The notes under the pieces are model-generated. The model worked only from the letters and a program-made list of their open reading frames with translations, had not been told where the DNA came from and made no database searches. Position numbers and translations under genes: made by a program. Shown here in pieces: positions 26,085 through 35,077 of a stretch of 39,569 nt of DNA (the stretch's first letter is position 1; every line of letters begins with the position of its first letter). Where the stretch lies: positions 1 through 39,569 of the forward strand of contig CADCQT010000027.1 in the NCBI GenBank assembly GCA_902803645.1, read 5' to 3'. The stretch is from an uncultured Lachnospiraceae bacterium. GTDB lineage: Bacteria; Bacillota; Clostridia; Lachnospirales; Lachnospiraceae.

Positions 26085-26974
26085 TACTTGTCACCTCCGC
26101 AATGACCACATCCGCCGTGATGCGTGTCGCCTTCTTCATATGCTAATTTCTTACGTCCCTCTTCTGTCTTGTACTGCTGCATACGAGCCATAGCCTGATC
26201 GAAATCCACAAGATGTCCGTCAAACTCCGGTCCGTCTACACAGGCGAACTTGATCTCATCGCCAACAACAAGACGACATGCACCGCACATACCGGTTCCA
26301 TCCACCATAATTGGATTCATGGATACGATGGTTGGGATCTCAAGCTTCTTGGTAAGAAGGCTTACAAACTTCATCATGATCATTGGTCCGATGGCCACGC
26401 AGTGGTCAAAGCTCTGTCCTGCATCCACCAACGCCTGGAGCTGATCTGTTCCCATTCCATGGAAACCATAGGATCCATCATCTGTTGTAACACAAAGCTG
26501 GCCTGCAACCTTCTCCATCTCATCTACGAAGAACAGAAGATCCTTGGTTCTAGAACCCATGATAACGGTGGTATCCACACCATGCTCCTTGAGCCACTTC
26601 ACCTGAGGATATACGGGAGCGGTACCTACACCACCTGCAACAAACACAATGTTCTTCTTCTTTGTCTCTTCAAGGTTCTCCTCAAGGCAGAGCTCTGAGG
26701 GCTGTCCTAAAGGTCCTACAAAATCGTGGAAGCAATCTCCCACCTCAAGCTCTGTCATGCGAAGAGTTGATGCTCCGATGGGCTGGAAGACAATGGTCAC
26801 TGTCTCCTTCTCTCTGTCATAATCACAGATGGTAAGCGGAATTCTCTCTCCGTCCTCTTCTGCGATGGCGATAATAAACTGTCCTGGGAGACAGGAATGT
26901 GTCACCCTCGGTGCCTTGACATCCATCAGATAGATGTTCGCAGCAAGCTGCTCCTTGCGTACAATTTCGTACAT
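26084..26974 (-). CDS. nfnA: NfnA/SudB-type ferredoxin-NADP reductase-family small subunit
   Basis: PGQF, ERIPLTI, GGVG and MVDGTGMCGACR..CVDGPEF (Asp-ligated 2Fe-2S) motifs. Confidence 0.85.
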   Translation of the reverse strand: MYEIVRKEQLAANIYLMDVKAPRVTHSCLPGQFIIAIAEEDGERIPLTICDYDREKETVTIVFQPIGASTLRMTELEVGDCFHDFVGPLGQPSELCLEENLEETKKKNIVFVAGGVGTAPVYPQVKWLKEHGVDTTVIMGSRTKDLLFFVDEMEKVAGQLCVTTDDGSYGFHGMGTDQLQALVDAGQSFDHCVAIGPMIMMKFVSLLTKKLEIPTIVSMNPIMVDGTGMCGACRLVVGDEIKFACVDGPEFDGHLVDFDQAMARMQQYKTEEGRKKLAYEEGDTHHGGCGHCGGDK

Positions 26975-27050
26975 AATCTTCCTCCTGGTTTCCTTCCTTA
27001 TTACTCAACTACACAATACTCGTTAATAGTCGACTTTAACACTATATCAC

Positions 27051-27081
27051 AAAGGCGCCCTGTTAAAAAGAGGGCGCCTTT
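27051..27081. terminator. GC-rich hairpin after the CobW pair
   Basis: AAAGGCGCCCT-N9-AGGGCGCCTTT. Confidence 0.7.
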
Positions 27082-27123
27082 GAAAAAGTGCATTTTTTTC
27101 AACTATCAATTAAATTTTTCTCA

Positions 27124-28083
27124 CTAGTTAAAATAAACAAGCTCATCCATTGGTTTTTCTGCCGGTTCAATGGAGATGGGATACAGAACCGGTCCCTTCC
27201 CCTTGTATTCCAGAGCAAACTCGTGCTTTATCTTTGCCTTGAGACGGATCCAGCTCTTATGGGCAATGGACTTTGCATCCTCATACCGGCATTTCATTCC
27301 AAGGAACTGAATATCCTCAGCACAACAGGTCATGGCGAATCTTCCCGGCACAAAGACCTGATCCTTCAAACGACCCTTTTTGTCTGTGGGATTATAGACA
27401 AGTCCGGTAAAGGTAACGATCTTCCCGTCATACTTCTTCGGATGATCCATGCAGTCCATAAACCAGATGGCATAATCCGAATCCGTGATCTCGATCTCAT
27501 CCTGCGTGATATCATAGGGGAGCTCATCTGCCGCGTCATCAATGCTTCCGTCCACTCTCTCATATACGATCTGGGCCCGACGGTTCACACCCTTTACATT
27601 GGCCCTGAACTTGGTCTTGGACATGGAGGGATCAAAACGATTAAAGATCACAACATCCGCCTTAAAGAGCTGCTCCCGCATCATAACACCCATGTTCTTC
27701 ATATACAGTTCAAAGGTGGTAGAATCCACGGAGCAAAGACTTTGCACAATGGTCCAGTCCCTTGGGCCATCCATCTCGTAGATGGGACCCACCTGCCAGG
27801 TGCCGTTGAACTCAATGAATACCGCTTCCGGCCTGAACTCATCAGAGATCCTCTGAAGATTCTCCAGGTTAAAATCCTCTTCCTTTTCAAGGGAGACAAA
27901 ATCCACCCCGATCTTCGCCAGTTCCTCTGTATCGTACTCTTCATCCCCATCTTCACAGGCAATCAAAAGAGCACGGTCTAACTCATCCGCAAAACCATTC
28001 TGAAAAAGAGTCTCCTTGACCAGTGTGGTCTTTCCTGCATCCATGAATCCATAAAACAGATATACTGGAATCTCTTCTGCCAT
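27124..28083 (-). CDS. CobW-like GTPase domain fused to a TIGR03943/DUF1980-like C-terminal domain
   Basis: GFMDAGKTT Walker A, IEFNG Walker B, FNR; C-terminal GRFAMTCCAEDIQFLG. Confidence 0.8.
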   Translation of the reverse strand: MAEEIPVYLFYGFMDAGKTTLVKETLFQNGFADELDRALLIACEDGDEEYDTEELAKIGVDFVSLEKEEDFNLENLQRISDEFRPEAVFIEFNGTWQVGPIYEMDGPRDWTIVQSLCSVDSTTFELYMKNMGVMMREQLFKADVVIFNRFDPSMSKTKFRANVKGVNRRAQIVYERVDGSIDDAADELPYDITQDEIEITDSDYAIWFMDCMDHPKKYDGKIVTFTGLVYNPTDKKGRLKDQVFVPGRFAMTCCAEDIQFLGMKCRYEDAKSIAHKSWIRLKAKIKHEFALEYKGKGPVLYPISIEPAEKPMDELVYFN

Positions 28084-28092
28084 AATGCCTCC

Positions 28093-29208
28093 TTAGCTTA
28101 ATCCAAACAGCTTCTCGATGTCTTCTTCCTTCACATCGGTTCCAATCACAACAAGGCGACCGATCACATCCGGCTCACCTTCCCGGATCTCGTACTCCCC
28201 ATCCACAAGGTCAAAGTAGATCCAGGTTCCCTCTTCAGAAGGAACAATACCCTTACTTCTTACAACATATCCGTAGTCCTCTGTCTCGGCAAAAGCCTTC
28301 AAAGCCCCCTCGATGGTCTCTCTGGTAAACTTATGAGGAGTCTCCTTACCCCAGGTAACAAAAACATCATCGGCGTGATGGTGATGATGATGTTCATGAT
28401 CATGACATCCACAGGTGCAACCCGGACCATGATCGTGATGATCCTCGCGGTCATGGTCGTGATGGTGCTCATGGTCGTGGTGATCCTCGTGGTCATGGTC
28501 ATGATGGTGCTCATGGTCGTGATGATGCTCATGATCATGGTCGTGATGATGATGCTCTGCCTCTTCCTGTTCATGGTGCATCTCAGCCAGAGCCTGAACT
28601 TCTAAGCTGTCTCTTCCCTCGATTGCCTTAAGAAGAGTCTCCCCTGAAATCTCATCCCAGGGGGTCGTTACAACAACAGCCTTGGGGTTATGCTCCTGTA
28701 CTTCCTTTGTACAATACTCCACCTGCTCATCCTTAGCCTTCTGGGTGCGGGATAAAACAACGGTGGTGGCATGCTCGATCTGGTCCACAAAGAACTCACC
28801 GAAGGCCTTCATCTGCTTGCTGGCCTTAAGTGCGTTGATCACTGTAACAAGAGCGCCCATCTCGATACCCTCTTCTTCCTTGGCCACGTCCATAACAGAG
28901 ACCATAACATCGGAAAGCTTGGCTACACCGGAAGGCTCCACCAGGATACGATCCGGATGGTAGGTTCTTATTACCTCATGAAGATTCTTCGTAAAATCGC
29001 CTACAAGGGTACAGCAGACACAACCACCGTTGATCTCAGAGACCTCAATACCGGTGTCCTTTAAAAAGCCGGAGTCGATACCGATCTCGCCAAACTCGTT
29101 CTCTACAATAACGACCTTCTCGTCCTTGTAAGCCTCTGCCACCAGTTTCTTCATAAAGGTGGTCTTACCTGCTCCCAAAAATCCTGAGATAATATCTACC
29201 TTTGTCAT
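28093..29208 (-). CDS. COG0523/CobW family G3E metallochaperone GTPase with His-rich insert
   Basis: GFLGAGKTT, ENEFGE, GCVCC (CxCC), VEPSG; tract of about 35 His; CobW_C domain (RSKG). Confidence 0.92.
   Translation of the reverse strand: MTKVDIISGFLGAGKTTFMKKLVAEAYKDEKVVIVENEFGEIGIDSGFLKDTGIEVSEINGGCVCCTLVGDFTKNLHEVIRTYHPDRILVEPSGVAKLSDVMVSVMDVAKEEEGIEMGALVTVINALKASKQMKAFGEFFVDQIEHATTVVLSRTQKAKDEQVEYCTKEVQEHNPKAVVVTTPWDEISGETLLKAIEGRDSLEVQALAEMHHEQEEAEHHHHDHDHEHHHDHEHHHDHDHEDHHDHEHHHDHDREDHHDHGPGCTCGCHDHEHHHHHHADDVFVTWGKETPHKFTRETIEGALKAFAETEDYGYVVRSKGIVPSEEGTWIYFDLVDGEYEIREGEPDVIGRLVVIGTDVKEEDIEKLFGLS
28376..28580. repeat. His/Asp/Glu-coding low-complexity repeat containing a 42-bp tandem duplication
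   Basis: atcctcgYggtcatggtcRtgatggtgctcatggtcgtg starts at both 28441 and 28483. Confidence 0.9.
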
Positions 29209-29250
29209 AATCTATGCGCTTCCTTTCTATTATTAAGTCCGACAAAAGGA

Positions 29251-29270
29251 ACGGTCTTATATAAGACCGT
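29251..29270. promoter_or_regulatory. Perfect 20-bp palindrome (operator or attenuating terminator) upstream of the CobW pair
   Basis: ACGGTCTTATATAAGACCGT is its own reverse complement; followed by TCCTTTT on the minus strand. Confidence 0.6.
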
Positions 29271-29292
29271 CCCATATCATAAACTGATGCCT

Positions 29293-29321
29293 ATTATATC
29301 AGTTCAATTCCTTGCACACAA
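29293..29321 (-). promoter_or_regulatory. Putative sigma-A promoter of the CobW pair
   Basis: TTGTGT-17 bp-TATAAT with extended TG. Confidence 0.6.
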
Positions 29322-29355
29322 TCTAATAGACCCATTCTTTATAAAATTTTCATAA

Positions 29356-31125
29356 TTACATACGATCCGGAGCAGCAAAGCCCAAAAGATCGATGGACTT
29401 CTCCAGCACATCCTTTGTCAGCACAAGAAGAGCCATATAATGCTTCTGCTTGCTCTCATCCTCTTCTGTCATAATCTTTGTCTCATGATAGAAATGGTTG
29501 AAGACATTAGCCAGCTCATAAATATAAGCACAGAGGCGGTTTGGCATAGACTCTTCAAAAGCACTTCTGACTGCACTGTTAAACTTCACCAGAGACAAAA
29601 GAAGGCTCTTCTCCGGCTCGCTATCCGGAGACAAAATTCCAAGATCCTCAAGACTCTTGCCGGCAGCCTCGTACTTTTTCATAATGGACTTCATACGAAC
29701 GATCGTATAGAGGATGTAAGGACCTGTATTACCCTCAAAGGAGGTAAACCGGTCAATATCGAAGATGTAGTCCTTGGAAGGCTGATTGCTCAGATCTCCG
29801 TACTTGATGGCAGAGAGCGCAACAATACCGGCTGTTTTCTTCGCCTCTTCCTCTGTCATGGTGTCATTTTCCATGATCTTCTCATACATCTTGTCGTTTA
29901 CATCCTGGATCAGGCTGGCAAGACGCATAACGCCACCCTCTCTGGTCTTGAAAGGCCTACCGTCCTTGCCGTTCATGGTACCAAAACCGATAAACTCCAG
30001 CTTGGTATCTTCTGATACGATGCCGGTCTTCTTAGCGCAGCGGAAGCACTGTACAAAGTGCATCTCCTGACGCTTATCCACCACATAGGCCATACGGGTA
30101 GGATGATAATCCGCCTCACGCCATACCATGGTAGCAAGATCTGTTGTATTGTAAAGGGCCGCCCCGTCACTCTTTAAGATCATACAGGGAGGGATCTCCT
30201 TGGTGTCAGACTCCTCTGCCACATCCACCACAAGAGCTCCTTCACTCTCGTAGGCAAAGCCTTCCTTCTTCATCTTCTCTACCATGTCCGGAATATATGG
30301 ATCCGCATCAGACTCACCCTTCCAAAGATCGAAGGAAACATCCAACTTCTCGTAGTTTTTCTTAAGGTCTGTCACCGATACATTCAGGATGTGATCCAAC
30401 AGGGCACGATATCCCCTTCTTCCCATCTGAAGCTCATGGGTGGCTGCCATAGCAGCTGCCTTATAGTCCTCATCCTCCTTGGACTTGCCACTGGCTGTAG
30501 GATAAATCTCCTCCAGCTCGGAAATGGTAAAAGGAGCCTCCTTGGGATACTCTCCGGTGTAGTCCGGATCAAAGTATACAAGATCCGGTTTACGAAGCTT
30601 AAGTTCTGTAATAATAAGTCCCATCTGAAGACCCCAGTCTCCCAGATGCACATCACAGGTCACCTTATGACCGGCAAATTTGGCGATACGCTTGATGGCC
30701 TCACCGATCACAGCAGAACGAAGATGTCCCACATGAAGAGGCTTTGCCACATTCGGTCCACCGTAATCCAAAAAAATGGTCTCAGGCTCCTTCGCCTGAT
30801 CCATACCAAAGTGTTCCTTATCCGCCTGCATGCCTCTGGCATATTCTGCCAGGAAATCACCTCTGAGCTTAAAGTTCAAAAAGCCGGGATTAACCGCCTC
30901 CACAGACGCAAAGAGGTTGCAATCCTTAAGCTGCTCTGCCACCGCCTGGGCCATCATGATGGGTGCTTTATGATATTCCTTGGCTGCAGCCATAGCACCA
31001 TTGCACTGGTACTCACACAGATCCGGACGGTTGGAAAGGGTCACCATGGCATACTTTTCATCCAGCCCCGCCTTCTTAAATCCTTCTCTTACTTCATCTT
31101 TGATCTGCTCGATGATCTCTTTCAT
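29356..31125 (-). CDS. argS: Arginine--tRNA ligase
   Basis: PNVAKPLHVGHLRS (HIGH), GDWG.QMG, FKTREG and GNTGPYILY motifs. Confidence 0.97.
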   Translation of the reverse strand: MKEIIEQIKDEVREGFKKAGLDEKYAMVTLSNRPDLCEYQCNGAMAAAKEYHKAPIMMAQAVAEQLKDCNLFASVEAVNPGFLNFKLRGDFLAEYARGMQADKEHFGMDQAKEPETIFLDYGGPNVAKPLHVGHLRSAVIGEAIKRIAKFAGHKVTCDVHLGDWGLQMGLIITELKLRKPDLVYFDPDYTGEYPKEAPFTISELEEIYPTASGKSKEDEDYKAAAMAATHELQMGRRGYRALLDHILNVSVTDLKKNYEKLDVSFDLWKGESDADPYIPDMVEKMKKEGFAYESEGALVVDVAEESDTKEIPPCMILKSDGAALYNTTDLATMVWREADYHPTRMAYVVDKRQEMHFVQCFRCAKKTGIVSEDTKLEFIGFGTMNGKDGRPFKTREGGVMRLASLIQDVNDKMYEKIMENDTMTEEEAKKTAGIVALSAIKYGDLSNQPSKDYIFDIDRFTSFEGNTGPYILYTIVRMKSIMKKYEAAGKSLEDLGILSPDSEPEKSLLLSLVKFNSAVRSAFEESMPNRLCAYIYELANVFNHFYHETKIMTEEDESKQKHYMALLVLTKDVLEKSIDLLGFAAPDRM

Positions 31126-31169
31126 ACAGACTCCTTTTTGTATCTACTGATTATTCCAAAACCTAGAAC

Positions 31170-31694
31170 CTATTCTGCTGCCCTGACCCTGTCAGAACTC
31201 TCCCTGTCAAAGATCACATTGCGATAAGGATCCAATACCTTCTTCAGTGCAAAACCCAGCACACAAACAGAGACTGCCTCTCCTGCCCCCACAGTCAACG
31301 CAAGGAAAAGATAGGTACCCGGTGTATGATATGCAAAGATCAGAACAACAGGGATCACCAGTGCGTTAAGAATCACCGGTGGCAATGTATAAACAAATGG
31401 AAGCTTACGAAGGCCATAGGTCACGCAGGCTGCCACAAGTGTTGTAAGGCTACCGAAGATCACATCATAAATGGCCGCACCTGTAATGGCATTTGCCAGA
31501 ACACATCCGATAAAAAGCCCCGGAATGGCCGCCGGAGTAAATACCGGCAGAATCGTAAGTGCCTCGGAAATACGGATCTGAATCGCTCCGCTTGCCAGAT
31601 TAAAAGCTGATACAAAGCAGGTCAGCACCACATAGAGTGCGCCAATCACACCTGCCTGCGCCACAAAGAGCGCCGGGTTTCTTTTGTTTCTCAT
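31170..31694 (-). CDS. queT: QueT family queuosine-precursor transporter (ECF S component)
   Basis: ALYVVLT..GAIQIRISEAL..PGLFIGC..AN; lies downstream of a preQ1 riboswitch. Confidence 0.92.
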   Translation of the reverse strand: MRNKRNPALFVAQAGVIGALYVVLTCFVSAFNLASGAIQIRISEALTILPVFTPAAIPGLFIGCVLANAITGAAIYDVIFGSLTTLVAACVTYGLRKLPFVYTLPPVILNALVIPVVLIFAYHTPGTYLFLALTVGAGEAVSVCVLGFALKKVLDPYRNVIFDRESSDRVRAAE

Positions 31695-31701
31695 ATTACT
31701 T

Positions 31702-31743
31702 CCTCCTAGTTTTGTTTTACATGTGGATGGTCTCGAACACATG
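31702..31743 (-). promoter_or_regulatory. preQ1-I riboswitch overlapping the queT RBS
   Basis: CATGTG-TTCGAGACCATC-CACATG stem-loop plus A-rich tail TAAAACAAAACTAG running into GGAGG. Confidence 0.9.
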
Positions 31744-31797
31744 CCGGGTCCCCGTCCATTGCGGACCCGCAGTAGACTATGTTAACACAGTTTTTGC

Positions 31798-31830
31798 AAA
31801 AAGAAAAGGGGTGCAGCTGCCTGCACCCCT
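31798..31830 (-). terminator. Intrinsic terminator after glmM
   Basis: AGGGGTGCAG-GCAG-CTGCACCCCT followed by TTTCTTTTT. Confidence 0.85.
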
Positions 31831-31845
31831 AAGGATCTTATATAA

Positions 31846-33183
31846 TTAAGCCAGTCCCTCGGCCTTAATGGCATCGATCATACGATCCACGTAAGTCTTA
31901 CAGATCTCATCTGTTCCCGCCTCAACCATGACACGAATCACAGGCTCTGTACCACTTGGACGAAGAAGAATCCGTCCATCGTTGCGAAGTTCCTCTGTGA
32001 TGGTATCCTGGCAGGCAAGAACATTGGCGTTATTCATAACCGCATCCTTGTCGCTGACCGGAAGGTTCTTAAGAAGCTGTGGATACTTACGCATACCGCT
32101 TGCAAGTGCAGAAAAAGAACTCTTCTCTTCTGTCATGACCTCCATCAGCATAATGGCGGTAAGGATACCATCTCCTGTGGTTGCATGCTTGGAGAAGATG
32201 ATATGTCCGGACTGTTCGCCTCCTAAGACATAACCATGCTCCACCATATCCTCATTCACATACTTATCCCCCACGGTGGTCACATCGTACTCCACCCCCT
32301 GCTGCTCTAAAGCCTTGAAGAATCCAAGATTTGACATCACCGTTGCCACTACATGGTTGCCGTCAAGTCTTCCATGACGCTTCAGATAGGTTCCGCAGAT
32401 ATAAAGGATGTAATCTCCGTCGATCACATTGCCGTTGTCATCCACAGCAATACAACGGTCCGCATCTCCATCAAAAGCAAAACCGGCATCTAATTCCTTC
32501 TCTTTTACCAACTTCTGAAGGTTCTCGATATGGGTAGAACCACAGTCCTTGTTGATATTCAGACCGTCAGGTTCATTGCCGATGACATAGGTCTTAGCTC
32601 CAAGGGCATCAAAGACACTCTTTGCAATATTAAAGGTAGAACCGTTCGAACAGTCCAACCCGATCCGCTTTCCCTTATAGGAGCGGGTAGCAAGAGAGAT
32701 CAGATAACCGATGTAGCGGTTACGTCCAATGGCATAATCCGTTGCCACACCCACATTCTCACCGAAGGCAAAGGGGATCTCCTCACTCTCTCCGTCAATA
32801 TATTTCTCAATAGCCTCTTCTACAGCGGCGGACATCTTATGGCCGTTGCCGTCCATCAGTTTGATTCCATTGTCAAAGTAGGGATTATGGCTGGCAGATA
32901 CCATAACACCACAGTCAAAATCCTCGGTACGTACCACATAGGCAACGGAGGGAGTGGTGGTTACATGGAGAAGGTAGGCATCACAGCCGGAGGCAATGAT
33001 TCCGGCTACCAGTGCGTATTCAAACATGTAGCTGCTTCTTCTGGTATCCTTACCGATCACGATCCTTCCCTTGTGATCTCTGCTGTAATACCAGCCGATA
33101 TAACGTCCGATCTTATATGCATGATCTGCTGTCAGTGCCTTACCTGCCTCCCCTCGGAAGCCGTCTGTTCCAAAATATTTCAT
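31846..33183 (-). CDS. glmM: Phosphoglucosamine mutase
   Basis: KYFGTDG, SASHNP, DGDADR, GGEQSGH and RPSGTEP motifs; start trimmed to 33183. Confidence 0.97.
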   Translation of the reverse strand: MKYFGTDGFRGEAGKALTADHAYKIGRYIGWYYSRDHKGRIVIGKDTRRSSYMFEYALVAGIIASGCDAYLLHVTTTPSVAYVVRTEDFDCGVMVSASHNPYFDNGIKLMDGNGHKMSAAVEEAIEKYIDGESEEIPFAFGENVGVATDYAIGRNRYIGYLISLATRSYKGKRIGLDCSNGSTFNIAKSVFDALGAKTYVIGNEPDGLNINKDCGSTHIENLQKLVKEKELDAGFAFDGDADRCIAVDDNGNVIDGDYILYICGTYLKRHGRLDGNHVVATVMSNLGFFKALEQQGVEYDVTTVGDKYVNEDMVEHGYVLGGEQSGHIIFSKHATTGDGILTAIMLMEVMTEEKSSFSALASGMRKYPQLLKNLPVSDKDAVMNNANVLACQDTITEELRNDGRILLRPSGTEPVIRVMVEAGTDEICKTYVDRMIDAIKAEGLA

Positions 33184-33205
33184 GCGCGTATACTCTCTTT
33201 CTATG

Positions 33206-35077
33206 TTATTTGCTCTCTTCTGTGTGCTCCTTCTGCCAGGTGGTAAGATCCTCATCAATGGCGGACAGGATCATCTTCGCATACTCCGGCTGTCCGGAGG
33301 GCTTCAGATGGATGCCGTCCTGATAGAACCAGTCCTCATGATCCTTAGCGTAGGAATTCCAGTTGATCAGTGTCACATTGTCATTGGCCTCTGCCACACT
33401 CTTAATGGCCTTGTTAGAATCATCCTCCCACTGGATGGTAGGGCCATAAACATTCACCCAGTAGATTCTGCGGTCCTCGCCGATGGAATCGATCAGTTCC
33501 TGACCGAGAGATTCCTTAAAGGGACCATTGGTTCCAAGAGCAAGCACCACAATGTGTCCAAGCTTGTGCTTTTTCTTAAGATGCTTAATGATCTTCTTGG
33601 CGGCTACCACCTGACGGGATTCCTTGGCATCCACAATGGCATCCTGTGGAAGGGCTTCCTTAAGAGCCGGAGAAGCACCAAGCATAACAGAATCTCCCAC
33701 CGTGGTAACAGAAGGCATGTCTGCTTCCTTCTTCCCCGGCTTCTCCTCCTCAGCCTGATTCTCCTGCTGCTGCAGCTTCTTTTCATTCTCCTTCAGCTGC
33801 TTCTCCAGGACATCTGTATCCGTATTCTTCTTGCCGGAAGTAACGGATGTGCAAGCCCCCAGCATAAAGGCCGCCGTAAAAAGCACTGTTGTAACAAAGA
33901 ATGCGATTCGCTTCGCTGTCATATATTCTCCCTCTTCAAACGTAATTTCCTTCTTCGTGATCCACTCTGCTGCCTTATGCTCCCAGACCGCAAGGAAAAG
34001 GATCAGGGCGATCTCAAGAACCGGAGCTCCCGGGATCCGTGTCCATTTCCTGATACTGAACAAAAAGATCACAGGATACATCCAAAGATACATCTCATAA
34101 CTTCTCTGTCCGATCCAACGAAGAGGTGCGCACTCAAGCCACCTTCCAAAGGGAAGCCTCGGATCTGCCGTCAAAAGGAGGATGGCGCAGAACGCCAGAG
34201 TAACCAGCTGCATTCCTCCACGATAGGTAAAAGCGCTCTGTCCGTCAAAGATCACAAAGGATACCACCATGAAGATCATAAGAACGGCATATCCTGCCAC
34301 AGCTGCCTTCTTCGCTACGGAGGAAAGCTTGCCATACTTTGTCCTGTTTGCCCGGCGCATTCCAAGGAAGGCTCCAAACATCAAAGCATAGGCTCTTGTA
34401 TCGGTACCATAGTAAACTCTGGTGGCATCCATCCCCGGATGCATCAGAACCCACATCTCAACAAAAGAAAAAATGCCGAGAAGGCCAAGAAGCCACAGCC
34501 CCCGGTTGGCTTCTCCCCGTCTCCTGCTTCCCATCCTTGAAAGCATCACATACCAAAAGTACACAACAGGCCAGATGAGATAAAACTGCATCTCCAGCGC
34601 CAGTGACCAGATATGGGTAAAGGGTGACGCATTGGCTATCTTGGTAAAATAGGAAGAATTCTGCAGGATCTGCCACCAGTTGTTATATCCCAAAAGAATG
34701 GACAAAATCTCTGCCCGGATTCCCTCCACCGCCTTTGGCGCCAGCAGATAAAAAAATCCCACGGTTATAAAAACCGTCAGGATCACCGGTGGAAAGATTC
34801 TCTTAAATCTCTTCACCGCAAATCCGCTGATACTGTATTCCCTCTTCCTCCTGCTCTTCTCACTGGTCAGGGCAATCAGATACCCCGACAGCACAAAGAA
34901 TAATGACACACCAAGAAAGCCTCCCTTAACGGTAAAAGGAAACATATGGTAAAAAATAACGCCAAAAATAGCGATGGCCCGAAGTCCGTCCAAACCCAGA
35001 ATTCGATCACCGCTTCCACTGTTCATATGATGCTTTTTCTCTGCCAGATGCTCCGGCTTAATCTTACGTAAATCCAC
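33206..35077 (-). CDS. OatA-like O-acetyltransferase (acyltransferase-3 membrane domain plus SGNH domain)
   Basis: GLDGLRAIA, GGFLGV, HIWSLALEMQFY, YYGTDTR; SGNH blocks GDSV, GTN, DGIH; the start may instead be ATG 35026. Confidence 0.88.
   Translation of the reverse strand: MDLRKIKPEHLAEKKHHMNSGSGDRILGLDGLRAIAIFGVIFYHMFPFTVKGGFLGVSLFFVLSGYLIALTSEKSRRKREYSISGFAVKRFKRIFPPVILTVFITVGFFYLLAPKAVEGIRAEILSILLGYNNWWQILQNSSYFTKIANASPFTHIWSLALEMQFYLIWPVVYFWYVMLSRMGSRRRGEANRGLWLLGLLGIFSFVEMWVLMHPGMDATRVYYGTDTRAYALMFGAFLGMRRANRTKYGKLSSVAKKAAVAGYAVLMIFMVVSFVIFDGQSAFTYRGGMQLVTLAFCAILLLTADPRLPFGRWLECAPLRWIGQRSYEMYLWMYPVIFLFSIRKWTRIPGAPVLEIALILFLAVWEHKAAEWITKKEITFEEGEYMTAKRIAFFVTTVLFTAAFMLGACTSVTSGKKNTDTDVLEKQLKENEKKLQQQENQAEEEKPGKKEADMPSVTTVGDSVMLGASPALKEALPQDAIVDAKESRQVVAAKKIIKHLKKKHKLGHIVVLALGTNGPFKESLGQELIDSIGEDRRIYWVNVYGPTIQWEDDSNKAIKSVAEANDNVTLINWNSYAKDHEDWFYQDGIHLKPSGQPEYAKMILSAIDEDLTTWQKEHTEESK

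Noticed and set aside
27022-27040. Canonical Rex box
   Set aside because: Half-sites are separated by 9 bp rather than the 4 bp of TTGTTAA-N4-TTAACAA
27088-27981. 297-aa plus-strand ORF, and similar long antisense ORFs at 4326-5111, 30391-31227 and 32530-33246
   Set aside because: They are fully opposite well-supported genes and are explained by codon bias on the reverse frame
28376-28580. Periodic DNA that could be mistaken for a CRISPR array
   Set aside because: In-frame coding repeat with no unique spacers and no cas genes
28299-28605. Ile/Thr/Met-rich and Met/Val-rich ORFs
   Set aside because: Alternative-frame readings of the His-coding repeat
33182-34540. 452-aa plus-strand ORF
   Set aside because: Antisense shadow of the OatA-like gene; no motifs or RBS
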